Below are positions 1 to 9,506 of a stretch of DNA of 64,000 bases, piece by piece. Numbering within the stretch: the first letter of the stretch is position 1; each line of letters begins with the position of its first letter. A model generated the notes under the pieces. It saw only the letters and a program-made list of their open reading frames with translations, was not told the origin of the DNA and ran no database searches. Source of the stretch: an uncultured Nitrososphaerota archaeon (GTDB lineage Archaea; Thermoproteota; Nitrososphaeria; Conexivisphaerales; DTJL01); the NCBI GenBank assembly GCA_963842885.1, contig CAWJIE010000005.1:1-64000 (forward strand), written 5' to 3'. Position numbers and translations under genes: made by a program.

Positions 1-540
1 CGCAGAATTATTATTGATGCTAAAAGAACACCCCTGTCCGAAATACAATGCGTCGCCGCTATTTTTTATGAAGTTGCACGTGTCGATTGTACCCGAGCAA
101 TTACTGCCGAAATATATGGCTCCGCCGACGGTATAGCCCATGATGTCTCGAAGTGCCTTTGTTGTACGAAGGATACCGGGGATATAAATAACCGGTGCCA
201 TAGTATGCAAAATATCGATCTGTATTTGGGTCGCCCACAAACGCCACATAGGCCTTGTTGTTGATAAAATTGCAGTCAGTAAAAGATGGTCCGGAACCGC
301 TCTCAGAAAACACCGCGCCGCCGGCGATAAGGGGATTCGAGCTGGTGTACACAATGCTCGATATGCCGCTCGACACTTCCTGAGTACTGTTAGCTAAGAT
401 GTATACGTTTCCACAACCACGTCCGCCGGCCGGACTTCGCGGGCCTGTTTAGCAACATTGTTCTCGAATAGACATTCGTTAAAAACGGGCTGACAATATT
501 TCGCGGCGTAAATTGCTCCGCCGTCGCCATGGCCTTTATC
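1..540 (-). CDS. Partial Pmp-repeat/right-handed beta-helix protein (frameshifted, probably foreign or chimeric sequence)
   Basis: Manual translation across frames gives repeated GGA(I/V)..CxFxxN units: GHGDGGAIYAAKYCQPVFNECLFENN, GGAVFSESGSGPSFTDCNFINN, VGGAIYFGSNCSGTIDTCNFIKN. Lower GC than the rest of the window. Confidence 0.6.
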
Positions 541-1494
541 TTCTTTTTCACCAGCTTGTTAACATCGGCGAGTTGGCTATTCACGCTGACCGTTGCCCCT
601 GTCCTTCTGTCCCTGTACGGCGACAGCTCGAGGTAGTAGCTTAGAATGAAGTGGAGCCGCAAGAGTTGGTTTTCATCTTCGCTGTCAGTTCGACCAGCCG
701 AGGCTGGGTTTCGAGTATCTGTTTCCATGAGGAGTTTATGACATCTGCAAGTCCCTTTCTGGAAACGTCACCATCCGAAATGTTGTCCGTCATGTAGAGC
801 AAGAAATTCTTGACTTTCTCGAGCTGCGAAAGAGGTTTGCCTCTGTCATTCATGACCTCAAAGATCACGCCGACTTCGGAGTCCTCCTCCACCTCATACA
901 GGGTGAACATCAGGTTCTGAGTTATCTTGGTGATGAGGCCATTGAGGTAGTCGATGTACTGTCTCCCTGGGCGTCCTTCTGTGACTTCAGGTACTGTTGA
1001 ATCTCGCTCTGAGCATCTAGCAACCTATGGTGGGATGCAGTCTTCCTGTCGATTTCGGGTCGCGCCCTATGATGGCGTTCTTGAAGTACATGTCATTGTC
1101 GTTATCTAATTCAAGTTTGCTAATGCCTCCCAACGGGCCCTTCCTAATGATATACCTAGTACGGATGTTCTCGGTCGTGAGGTTCAGTTCCGGCGAACCC
1201 AATGCGTCGAGCTCATGGGCGATTCGTTCAAGAGAATGATGATGGTGGTTATCCTTTGCTGGCGTCGACAATAGCGTATTGTGCGAAGGTTTCACCATAG
1301 CCTATAATGGGTTTTATGGCTTCCAAGACTATCGTGCCTGTGTAGTGTTTCCTTGACGGGGAGACCGATTCGAGGTCTTCGAGAAGGTCTTGCCGGTGTT
1401 GGCTCTCCCACGAATAACCTCTTTGATAGTTGGGTACCTTGAATGCTCTGGCTTCAAAGAGCTTCTGGAGGTTCACAAGGTTGTCCATGAGCAA
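541..1494 (-). CDS. DUF262 (GmrSD-like) domain protein, several frameshifts, 3' end lost at junction near 540
   Basis: VPNYQRGYSW, YTGTIVL, IVD(GQQR)ITT split by a frameshift, and IFEVMNDRGKPLSQLEKVKN are the QR/DGQQR/FxxxN motifs of DUF262. Spread over ORFs 1249-1494, 1017-1298, 641-910, 390-728. Confidence 0.8.
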
Positions 1495-1563
1495 GAGAGC
1501 GGGAATCTTGATTTAAGGGTTGGATCGCGCGCCGGCTACAGTTGGCGCGTTCCCCGCATTAGT

Positions 1564-2335
1564 TCATGACCCCAACATTCGCCTGTAGATCCCGGGCTTT
1601 ACGAATTCGACCATCCCTATGTCGCGAAGCACTTGTAGCTGTTGCCTGATTTTCGCTTCAACGTGGCGGTTTTCGGGGTGCGCCCTGCTCAATTCCCCCT
1701 TGAAGCCATAGATATCGTCTATCGAGAAAATGGGGTTCAGACGCTCCACACACCTGACGATGTCTGAGAGCCATCCCCGCTTGTCCGTGCTGACATCGAG
1801 GGCCTTCTGAGAAACCGACCAGAGCCGCAGGACATCGTTCCCTAGTCATCACCCTGCCGTTCCTGATGATGACAATCCTCGCTAGCTGGGGCATGAGGTC
1901 CAGCCTGAGTATGCAGCCCTGATACCCGGCGCGCTGAGCCATCTTGGAGAGCCGTTTCCGTGGCTCCACACAGCGGGGTGTTATCCATGCCCTGTGGACC
2001 GCGAAGGTGTCTTCCACGGACCAAGAGGGCAGGTCGTAACGGAGGAGGAGCAGCGACGGAAACAGTCCTTCCTCGACACTCCTAAGGGTAGTCTCGTACT
2101 CCCCATCTATGAAGGAATCAGCGAAGGGCCTGTTGGAGGCCTTCAGTTGGAAGGCTTCGCCACAATCAGAGCAGAAGAAGTCGCGCACCTTCATTCCCGT
2201 GGGGTAAGGCTTCAGCTTCCTCCCGCAGTGGGGACAAAAGAGGTTCCGCACAGCCCAACTCTCGGTGGCGACCCTGACCCTCTGGGACGTGCTGTGATAG
2301 TTGTCTGAGGCTACGGAGGGAAGCTCCAGCTCCAT
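1564..2335 (-). CDS. DpnI-family (Dam-replacing protein) methyl-dependent restriction endonuclease, one frameshift
   Basis: YHSTSQRVRVATESW, CPHCG..DFFCSDC..FQLKA, DGEY, RAGYQGC, and C-terminal winged helix HPENRHVEAKIRQQLQVLRD (ORFs 1658-2335 + 1564-1749). Confidence 0.88.
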
Positions 2336-2472
2336 TGCCGAATGTCAGAGCGAAGGTTCCTTAATCCTTTGCGTCTTCGTCCGGCTTACTGACGTGTATT
2401 CTACGACTCTCACCAATAGGTGGGGAGAAACCACAAGAGGTTTAGTGCTGGTCGGAGTATGACCTTGATGTC

Positions 2473-2694
2473 ATGACCCTTGACACATCCGAAAGAGTAC
2501 GGTTCAACATATACCTTGACGGGGTCCTGAGCAACATGTATGACAGGGATCTCTTCTCACAGGACTTCCGGAAGCAGTTTTCGAAGATGGTGAGCCTATA
2601 CAGGAGAATAGCTGAATACGATGTGAAGCTGGCCCAGGAAGTCTCCATTGAAGCTATGATCCTGGTTCATGCCGGCGGGCACCTGGGCAATTGA
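2473..2694 (+). CDS. Hypothetical protein
   Basis: 73-aa ORF with protein-like composition; no recognised motif. Confidence 0.45.
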   Translation: MTLDTSERVRFNIYLDGVLSNMYDRDLFSQDFRKQFSKMVSLYRRIAEYDVKLAQEVSIEAMILVHAGGHLGN

Positions 2695-2862
2695 GCTGGG
2701 AAAGCCCACTAGCTTCAAATGTGTTCTCTACATCGTGCCATGGAGGCCACGCCTTGGTTAGAGAGATCTACAAGATGCCGACCCATAGGGTTTCTGAAGC
2801 AGGCAGAGTCGACGACGGCAAAGACGATGAAGGAACCCAGTCAAACTGCCTGACCTAAATAA

Positions 2863-2936
2863 TGGACGGGGCGGGATTTGGACCCGCGGACTCTCGCTTG
2901 CGAAGCGAGCATTTTACCAGACTAAACTACCCGCCC
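2863..2936 (-). tRNA. tRNA-Ala(CGC), T-loop variant TCCAAAT
   Basis: Cloverleaf GGGCGGG/CCCGTCC with G3:U70, anticodon arm CTCGC-TTCGCAA-GCGAG, T-arm GCGGG-TCCAAAT-CCCGC. TTAAAG box about 28 bp upstream. Confidence 0.85.
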
Positions 2937-3063
2937 GTCCGCCCATGGTGTCCGAGGACTCGGCTTTAAGCAGATATGCGATGAAAGAACGCGTCGGCAA
3001 TTCGTCTCCTTTTTCTACCCGAGAGGAATGCGGAAGCCGTGTCTACCGCGTTCCTGGTGGCGG

Positions 3064-3246
3064 TCATGAGTGTTCGAGTTGCACCAGTCTCACCGACTGC
3101 TTTAACGCAAAGAGGAACTCCTCTCTGGTAATGCTGTCGTCCAGGGATAGAATGAATTGCTTCAGAGCGCTCTGATCGGACAGCTTACCCTGGCGAAATC
3201 CTTCAACGATCTTACGTCTACTCTTTCCCCTGCCTCCATGATGCAT
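3064..3246 (-). CDS. Small hypothetical protein
   Basis: 60-aa ORF, helical composition, TATA-like TTTATTA upstream. Confidence 0.35.
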   Translation of the reverse strand: MHHGGRGKSRRKIVEGFRQGKLSDQSALKQFILSLDDSITREEFLFALKQSVRLVQLEHS

Positions 3247-3377
3247 CGCGGGCCCAACATCCAGACTCAGGGTAATAAATGCCGCCCCTGCACAAGGTAA
3301 TCCATACGCGGGCTCGAGGCCAAAACGTCGTCCTCAGTTGGAGTGAAGGGGATTAACTGCCTCACCCGCCTCTACCC

Positions 3378-3563
3378 ATGATGTGGCAGAAAAAAGCAAA
3401 GAGGCAGAGGACGACGAACGAATCAAGGACATCTGGGAGCGGGCTCATTTCAGGTTCATACGCGTCGGCGGAGAGAGATATCATGCTAGCCAAACCAGAA
3501 GACTTCGAAGATATGATACATGAAACGATCGCCTACTTGAAAGAGCCCCTGAGAAATGAGTAG
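3378..3563 (+). CDS. Small hypothetical protein
   Basis: 61-aa ORF preceded by a GATTAA box. Confidence 0.35.
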   Translation: MMWQKKAKRQRTTNESRTSGSGLISGSYASAERDIMLAKPEDFEDMIHETIAYLKEPLRNE

Positions 3564-3703
3564 CCCTAAGGCTCTTGTTCCTAAATCGGCGCGAGCATCG
3601 CAACCCCACCTCCGACGTCAACAGGTGTTCTCCCAAAATGCCCGAGGCGTGAATGTGGCAGTCATTTAAGCCGCTGGCGGTTGGTCCTTGGCTGGTGAAC
3701 TTG

Positions 3704-3898
3704 ATGGGTAAAGGAGGACGTGGTCAAGGACGTCATCACCCGAGTCCGAACGATCAGCGTTCAAACGCGAAGAACCCGACTGGCCATGAATACACAGCTG
3801 CGGTAGACAACAGAAGCGCCCAGCTCAATCCGACGAGTCCAGAGTACAAGGGACCCGCTCCAAGCAAGGGCGACGATCAAGGAAGCAGCGACGACTGA
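3704..3898 (+). CDS. Small hydrophilic protein with two (N/D)xRSxxxNPT repeats
   Basis: NDQRSNAKNPTGHEY / VDNRSAQLNPTSPEY. TTTAAG box at 3665 and GGTGA RBS before ATG 3704. Confidence 0.6.
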   Translation: MGKGGRGQGRHHPSPNDQRSNAKNPTGHEYTAAVDNRSAQLNPTSPEYKGPAPSKGDDQGSSDD

Positions 3899-4009
3899 CC
3901 TCATGATTCTTTTCTCCCTCCCTCACGTACTGTTTTGTTTGATGATCCTCTCCAGCCCAAAGACAGCTACAACTGAACCAATAATTACTCCGCTAACCAT
4001 GGGCATCTC

Positions 4010-4417
4010 GTGGGACAGTACAGGTTCGAAGTCCGAGTTTCGACGAAACCAATGTCGGGCTCAAGAGCGAAGTACGAGAGGAAGAAGGAATTGATTGAGG
4101 CTATCGAAGAGGCGAAGACGACGGACGAACTTGAAACGGCAAGAAGAGCGTTCGCTGACAAGAAAGTGAAGGTATCCGTTAGATTCAATTTAGAGAAGCC
4201 AGAGAAAGGCCGTTCTGATACGATCGGGAAGAAGGACCTTGACAACATGTTGAAGCTTGTGCTTGATTCTTTGCAGACGAAAGCAGACAGCCAAGGGAAA
4301 CTGGACGGCTTAGGATTGATTTCAAATGACAATTGCATCTACCGTCTAGAAGCTAACAAAAGGCTGGTGGATAGACCAGAACAGGCAGGAATCCAACTCA
4401 GTATATCAGAGTACTAG
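4010..4417 (+). CDS. rusA: RusA-family Holliday junction resolvase
   Basis: KKDLDNMLKLVLDSL...GLISNDNCIYRLEANK matches the RusA DxDNxxKxxxD and NDxxI motifs. Confidence 0.8.
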   Translation: MGQYRFEVRVSTKPMSGSRAKYERKKELIEAIEEAKTTDELETARRAFADKKVKVSVRFNLEKPEKGRSDTIGKKDLDNMLKLVLDSLQTKADSQGKLDGLGLISNDNCIYRLEANKRLVDRPEQAGIQLSISEY

Positions 4418-4532
4418 GCTGATTCGTTACCACCGCTTGGGAGTTGGACCGTCAACCATCCGTATCTTGATTTCACCACAAGGTCATTCGCCCCAGCCCG
4501 CCAAACGCCTTTAATAACTCCAGACAGTTGTA

Positions 4533-5492
4533 GTGGTAGGAACATCTCGGTGCAGCCTGTTGCTGGAACTTGAGACGAGCGAACCACTGCCACGAGCTAA
4601 GGTGCTTCAGAGACCTCGCAAGTCCAAGTTCATAGAGGAGTACTGGGCCCCAGGACAGAAGCCCTCGGGCATACTATGCAACCAGTTCTACGAATTGAAG
4701 TGGTCCAACGGCTGCATGTTCGGCTGCGAATATTGCTATCTGAGAGGTACGTTCAGATATAGTCGTTGGCGAGGATTCGAGCAGACCGTCTTCTCCAACA
4801 CGCAGAAGATGCTTCAAGAGGTGGAGGAGTTCCTGAAGTTGGAAAGACCCTATGTCCTCCACACGGGCGAGGTCTCTGACAGTCTGGCGGTGCCTGGAAG
4901 CGAACGGACAATGGGCGAGTTGGTCAAGCTCTTCGGGATGCAGGACAGGCACACGCTCCTGATCCTCACGAAGTCAGATAACATCGAATCCCTCCTCGAT
5001 CTGCCTCACAATGGGAGGACGGTGATCGGGTTCAGCATCAATCCGCCCAAGATCGCCAGCAGGTTTGAAATCGGCGCGGCCAGCACTGATCAGAGACTAA
5101 GGGCGGCAGAACGTTGTATCGATGCTCGGTACAGGGTGATGGTACGGGTTGATCCGATGATTCCTGCGGTAGGGTGGAGGGCTCAATACGCGAGCTTGTT
5201 CTCGAACCTCAACAATCTGAAGCTGCATGGGATCGTCGTGGGGACTCTGAGGGCCTATCCTGGGCTGCTACACACACTCTCTCCCGCTCTGCGGGCCATG
5301 CTGGAAGAGAGAGACATCGATGGCAGGTGGCACTTGAAGAAGTCGACCAGGGAGAACATGTACGACTTCGCGTTCAGAAGCCTCAAGTTTGAGCGGATGG
5401 GTGTGTGCAAGGAGACTGGAGCAAGATGGGCTGGACTGGTCAAGCAGCACGGGCCGAAAAAGTTCTACTGTAACTGCAACTGCAACGTCTGA
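4533..5492 (+). CDS. Spore photoproduct lyase-like radical SAM protein (copy 1)
   Basis: GCMFGCEYCYLRGT (CX3CX2C), TGEVSDSL, LTKSDN, FSINP..FE..AAS..QRL.AA, RVDPMIP; C-terminal CKET...CNCNC. Confidence 0.85.
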   Translation: MVGTSRCSLLLELETSEPLPRAKVLQRPRKSKFIEEYWAPGQKPSGILCNQFYELKWSNGCMFGCEYCYLRGTFRYSRWRGFEQTVFSNTQKMLQEVEEFLKLERPYVLHTGEVSDSLAVPGSERTMGELVKLFGMQDRHTLLILTKSDNIESLLDLPHNGRTVIGFSINPPKIASRFEIGAASTDQRLRAAERCIDARYRVMVRVDPMIPAVGWRAQYASLFSNLNNLKLHGIVVGTLRAYPGLLHTLSPALRAMLEERDIDGRWHLKKSTRENMYDFAFRSLKFERMGVCKETGARWAGLVKQHGPKKFYCNCNCNV

Positions 5493-5541
5493 AAGCGACG
5501 CAGGCTTATATCCATCACCACGCTCTGACACTGGGGAACTC

Positions 5542-6608
5542 TTGTCCGACGAGAGTAGGACCAAGTACAGAGAGGCCGCCTTTAAGGCTTGGAGAACCAT
5601 ACGCAAGCAGCGTCGGGAGGAGGCTGCGCTTGGTACCGCCAGGCTTGAGTCCTTTGTTCAACCTATAGTTGTCGAACGGATAACGCATCCCGAACTCGCC
5701 CCCCGTGCAACTGGAGGCGCACCGCCTTCCGCATTCAGGATCGTAAGGCCCTTCGATAAGACCCCTTCGAACATCGTCTGCGGCCGTTTCTGGGAGATAA
5801 GGTGGGGCTTTGGTTGCCCATTCAATTGTGCGTACTCATGCACTCAGGGGCACCAGGCGGGGCAACATGAAGCCTATCATTATCAGACCTGAAGTTGTAA
5901 TCGAGGAACTGGGCAGGGTGTTCTCTGACGCCCGTTTCAACGACGGACGGGCGACGCTGTTCAACAGCGGCGAACTGTCGGACTCGCTGATGAACCCCAA
6001 GGTGATGGCGCAGATAGCCGAACTTCTTTGAAACCCAGAATAGGCACAAGCTGTTCGTCCTAACGAAGTCAGGAACCAGGGCCATTCGCGAATTTGCTGC
6101 GAAACGGCGAAAGCAAACGATATGCGCTTGGAGTGTCAATCCGCCCTCGATTGCCACTAGATGGGAGCAGCGTGCATCCACGCCTGAGGATAGGCTCGAA
6201 GCCGCAAAGATTGCCAGATCCCAAAGGCTATGAGGTTAGGCTCAGGGTGGATCCCATAATCCCGATAGATGGATGGAAGCGGGATTACGAGTCTCTGATA
6301 TCTGCTTTGGTTGCAGCTGAGCCGACGAGGGTGATCATCGGCACACCGAGAGGGCTTCACAAGACAATCCTATACGCGGCGCTGGGGGGCTTGGACATGG
6401 GCTGGGCCGCCTACTTCGAGAGCGAAGAGACTGGATGGGGAATGAAACTCCCACTTCAGACTCGACTTGAGATATACGGTTTCATGTATGACAAGTTGCA
6501 ATCCGCAGGGATAGGCGGGCGACAGGTTTCCATCTGCAAAGAAACCGTTGAACTCCACAGGTTGATGGGTCATAATTGTTGGGCAACTGTCTATGTTACA
6601 CGAGTTAG
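5542..6608 (+). CDS. Spore photoproduct lyase-like radical SAM protein (copy 2), multiple frameshifts
   Basis: CGRFWEIRWGFGCPFNCAY, then FNSGELSDSL, LTKS, RVDPIIP, GTPRG, CKET, and a terminal NCLCYTS* in a shifted frame. N-terminal AAFKAWRTIRK motif. TTATAT box at 5507. Confidence 0.8.
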
Positions 6609-6652
6609 TGACACGCGATGGGGAACCGGAGGACCGTCTTCTGGATGGCTTA

Positions 6653-7580
6653 TCAGAACCAATCGGTCAGGTCTACCGTTCCGTCTCTTCGAGCCTTGTC
6701 CATTATGGCCTGCATTATCTTGCCGCCTGTGGGGTTTCTGGTTGTGAAGATCAGATAGGTATCGGGGGTCTCTTCGTCCGATGGGCATTTCCATCCATTT
6801 GATGTTGTCGTAATACTTCCTAAGGCTAGAAACGTACAGGTCTAGCAGCCTTTTCCTTCTGTCCGATGCGGAGACCCCTTCGGTCCATGCGTCCCTCCAG
6901 CTCTGGTCATTCATGTACGAGTCTATCGTGTGCACAGTCTCCTCGGCCTGAGATCTCGGTGGAGTCGTTGGATTCCAGTTTTTTAGTAAGCCTGCCGACC
7001 TCTCGACGGCTTCCAGAGAGAAGTGAATAAAGAGCTCCGTGTGGCTTCTCTCAAGTACCCGTTTTACGGTCTCGAATCGTATGACTGGATTCCCCACGCC
7101 AAACGGATCGATGTAAATGAGAGCGAATGCATCTTTGATCTTGTCAAGTTGGTTTGGAAGGAGCTCGTTGGTGTCGCCACGGAGCCTTGTACAGAAGCTT
7201 TGGTAAGGTTCGGTGTTCTTGAGAAGCCTCGTGTAAGTCTGTTCGTCGTACTCTATGAAGACGCACCTGACTTCCTCCTTCTTCGTCTTGTCTTTGATTT
7301 CGTTCTCAACGATGCTCCTAGTCTTTGCCATGATCAGGGGCGAACCATCGATAGCTCTGTCGTCCCAGCTCTGAACTATTCCGCTGCCGGCGCACGCGTC
7401 AACAAAGAAGTGAGGTATCTCTTGATTACGCATGTATTAGGCTCAGCGGGGGGCAGTACTTCTCAGGACCTCGTACTTGTGACGCGTGTCGGCCGACGCT
7501 TGTACAATGTGGCAGTTGGGGCATATCCTCCGCGGGCGGTCGGGCTCCTTGTGCCCACAGACGCAGCACGTCCACGTCAT
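6653..7580 (-). CDS. tcmP: TcmP (three-Cys-motif partner)-family SAM-dependent methyltransferase with N-terminal Zn ribbon, frameshifted
   Basis: Reconstructed MTWTCCVCGH..CPNCH..DTRHKYEVLEKY..FFVDACAGSG..GSPL..VFIEYD..GDTN..YIDPFG..ELFIHF..YLIFTTRNPTG..IM..IM. Confidence 0.8.
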
Positions 7581-7712
7581 TTTCTCGTACTCCTTTCTTG
7601 GTCGGATGATATTAACATGCAGATTACAAGGCGGACCGCCTCGTGCTACGGGATGCGTCTTTGTTTAATTCGGCGCGGGACTGTGTCAAACAAGCCAAGC
7701 GCTGGTTCTAGG

Positions 7713-7868
7713 CTACTCCCGACGCTTACCCCCAAGCCTGACTTGCTCCATCCACTGATCCATGCACTTGACACAGGTCTAGGCATGCGGCCAGTGCTCA
7801 GGATCAGGCACCGTCAGCGGGATACCATGCTTCCCACAGTAGCCCATCGGCGCTTCCTCGGCTGACAT
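7713..7868 (-). pseudogene. Small Zn-finger protein (CxxH...CxxC) with in-frame TAG at 7779-7781
   Basis: MSAEEAPMGYCGKHGIPLTVPDPEHWPHA*TCVKCMDQWMEQVRLGGKRRE*; metal ligands lie on both sides of the stop. Confidence 0.45.
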
Positions 7869-7922
7869 CCTCTCAAATGTTCGCTCGCAGTTCCTAATAT
7901 GCTATTACTGGGGAGTTACCTC

Positions 7923-8352
7923 TTATCGCTCGTCCTTTCCAGTAAGCTCCTTCCACTGGTCCACTACAGATATGTCATGCATATCTTCCCCTTCCTTCTC
8001 ATATCCTACCGTGATATCGAACCTGATCCTGATTTCGTCGACTCTCTCTCCGCCGTCAGGACCATAATCCGTCAGCTTGGCAAAAACCCTGTAGCAACCG
8101 TCGCCGAATCCTGTCGTCGAGAATACGCCATCAACTCCAGTAGGATCCTTCGAGGTGAATCTGCCGAACTGCCCAGTATCTCCTTTCATCAACGCGTCCT
8201 CGATCAACCTGACGCTCTCATCGGTGCAAAGTCTGAAGGATGGAGGACGTATGCAGGATCCACTACGATAATAGTCCCTGTATTGACACCCACGGTTCCA
8301 ATCTCAACCCACTTGTGAGGATATAGAGGCAACCCAGTCGCCAAGTCATTCA
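7923..8352 (-). CDS. DUF4241-like hypothetical protein, frameshifted
   Basis: IGTVGVNTGTIIVVDPAY upstream of a frameshift, then GVFSTTGFGDGCYRVFA. Confidence 0.55.
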
Positions 8353-8434
8353 ACCAAGTCACCCTTAAGATTTCAGCTCACCCAATCAAGAGCAGATGAC
8401 GTGTTCCTCTCTTCAAGTATAAATCGGTGCGCGG

Positions 8435-9030
8435 ATGCTTTACGATATGTTGACACAACGTGCTCGGGAACTGCAGAGCGAGCCACTCGTTTGGTATGCT
8501 GTGTATGGATCGAACCTCCTTCGAAGCCGTTTCCTACTCTATCTTGAAGGCAAAACTTCCGCGCAGATAAGAGCCGATCAGTCCTTCCGACTCCATCACA
8601 AACTCTACTTTGCTTATGAATCGTCGACTCGCTGGGGGAATGGCGGAGTTGCATTCGTTGGCCTTGAACGGGTGACTCCACCGCCGACCCTCGGTCGCGC
8701 ATATCTTCTGAGCCTTTCTCAATTCAAAGTGGTGGCAGAGGGGGAGAACGGTGGAATCGATGTCAAGATCTCCCCAGAGGATCATTAGTCGGAAAGCAGG
8801 TCGAAATCTCGTCAAGAGGTCGATACCGAGTTCTGCTGCCATGCGGGTCGCTGCGGAGGATTCCAGTCGTGACCTTAACGGGAAAGCCTGGGGAGGCGAC
8901 CCCACGAACGCTGCCATCTAGCAAATACCTGGACGTAATTCTACGCGGTCTGAAGGAAACATATCCGAGAAAGTCCTCGGCCGACATCGAACGATATATC
9001 CAAGAGGTCCTTCGATCCAACGTCAGCTAG
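8435..9030 (+). CDS. Gamma-glutamylcyclotransferase-like fold protein, frameshifted
   Basis: VWYAVYGSNL, LYFAYESSTRWG.GGVAF, GRAYLL...QF...ENG, then PSSKYLDVILRGLKE in a shifted frame. Confidence 0.7.
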
Positions 9031-9483
9031 AGCGCTTTCACCTTGTGTACAGACCAAATGCAGGACTTGTAAACTGCGACGTTCTCAACCATGGCCCTCA
9101 ATAGAACGAAGCGAGCAAAGAGCTCAGGCTCCGAGGTCGCAGGTGCCATCTGGATATCCGTGCGAATCCCTTCCGGCCTGCATGTTCCTTGATTAAACTC
9201 TTCCTAGTACCAGAAGAGATAGTGACTTCGCAATTCTTTTGAACTAACAATCATAACAAGAATAACACGGCCTACAGGACCTGTGCCATCTGCGGAAAGA
9301 AGGCATTGCCCCGGTGAGGGCGTCTACTATGGCGGTCGGCCCATCCACAAGTACCGCATCTAGATGCAACGCCGGGCGTGCGCTTCGTCATTGTGAAATG
9401 ATAAATACGCGAACGTACCATCGATCGCATGCAATGTCTCTTACCGAGAGTGGCGGTAAGGGAACCGGACCCGAGGTTCTAGT

Positions 9484-9500
9484 GCACGCCCGCAGCACCA
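9484..9500 (+). repeat. Left att-like 17-bp direct repeat GCACGCCCGCAGCACCA
   Basis: Identical copy at 19433-19449; ends 6 bp before the integrase ATG. Confidence 0.75.
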
Positions 9501-9506
9501 TACTCT

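Noticed and set aside
7779-7781. Pyrrolysine or amber read-through
   Set aside because: Single case in a tiny ORF and no pyl genes in the window; mutation or error is simpler.
9280-9500. A full multi-intron tRNA ending at the left att repeat
   Set aside because: No GCTGCGG-TA start, D-arm or anticodon arm can be assembled; 9240-9364 reads better as a small Zn-finger ORF.
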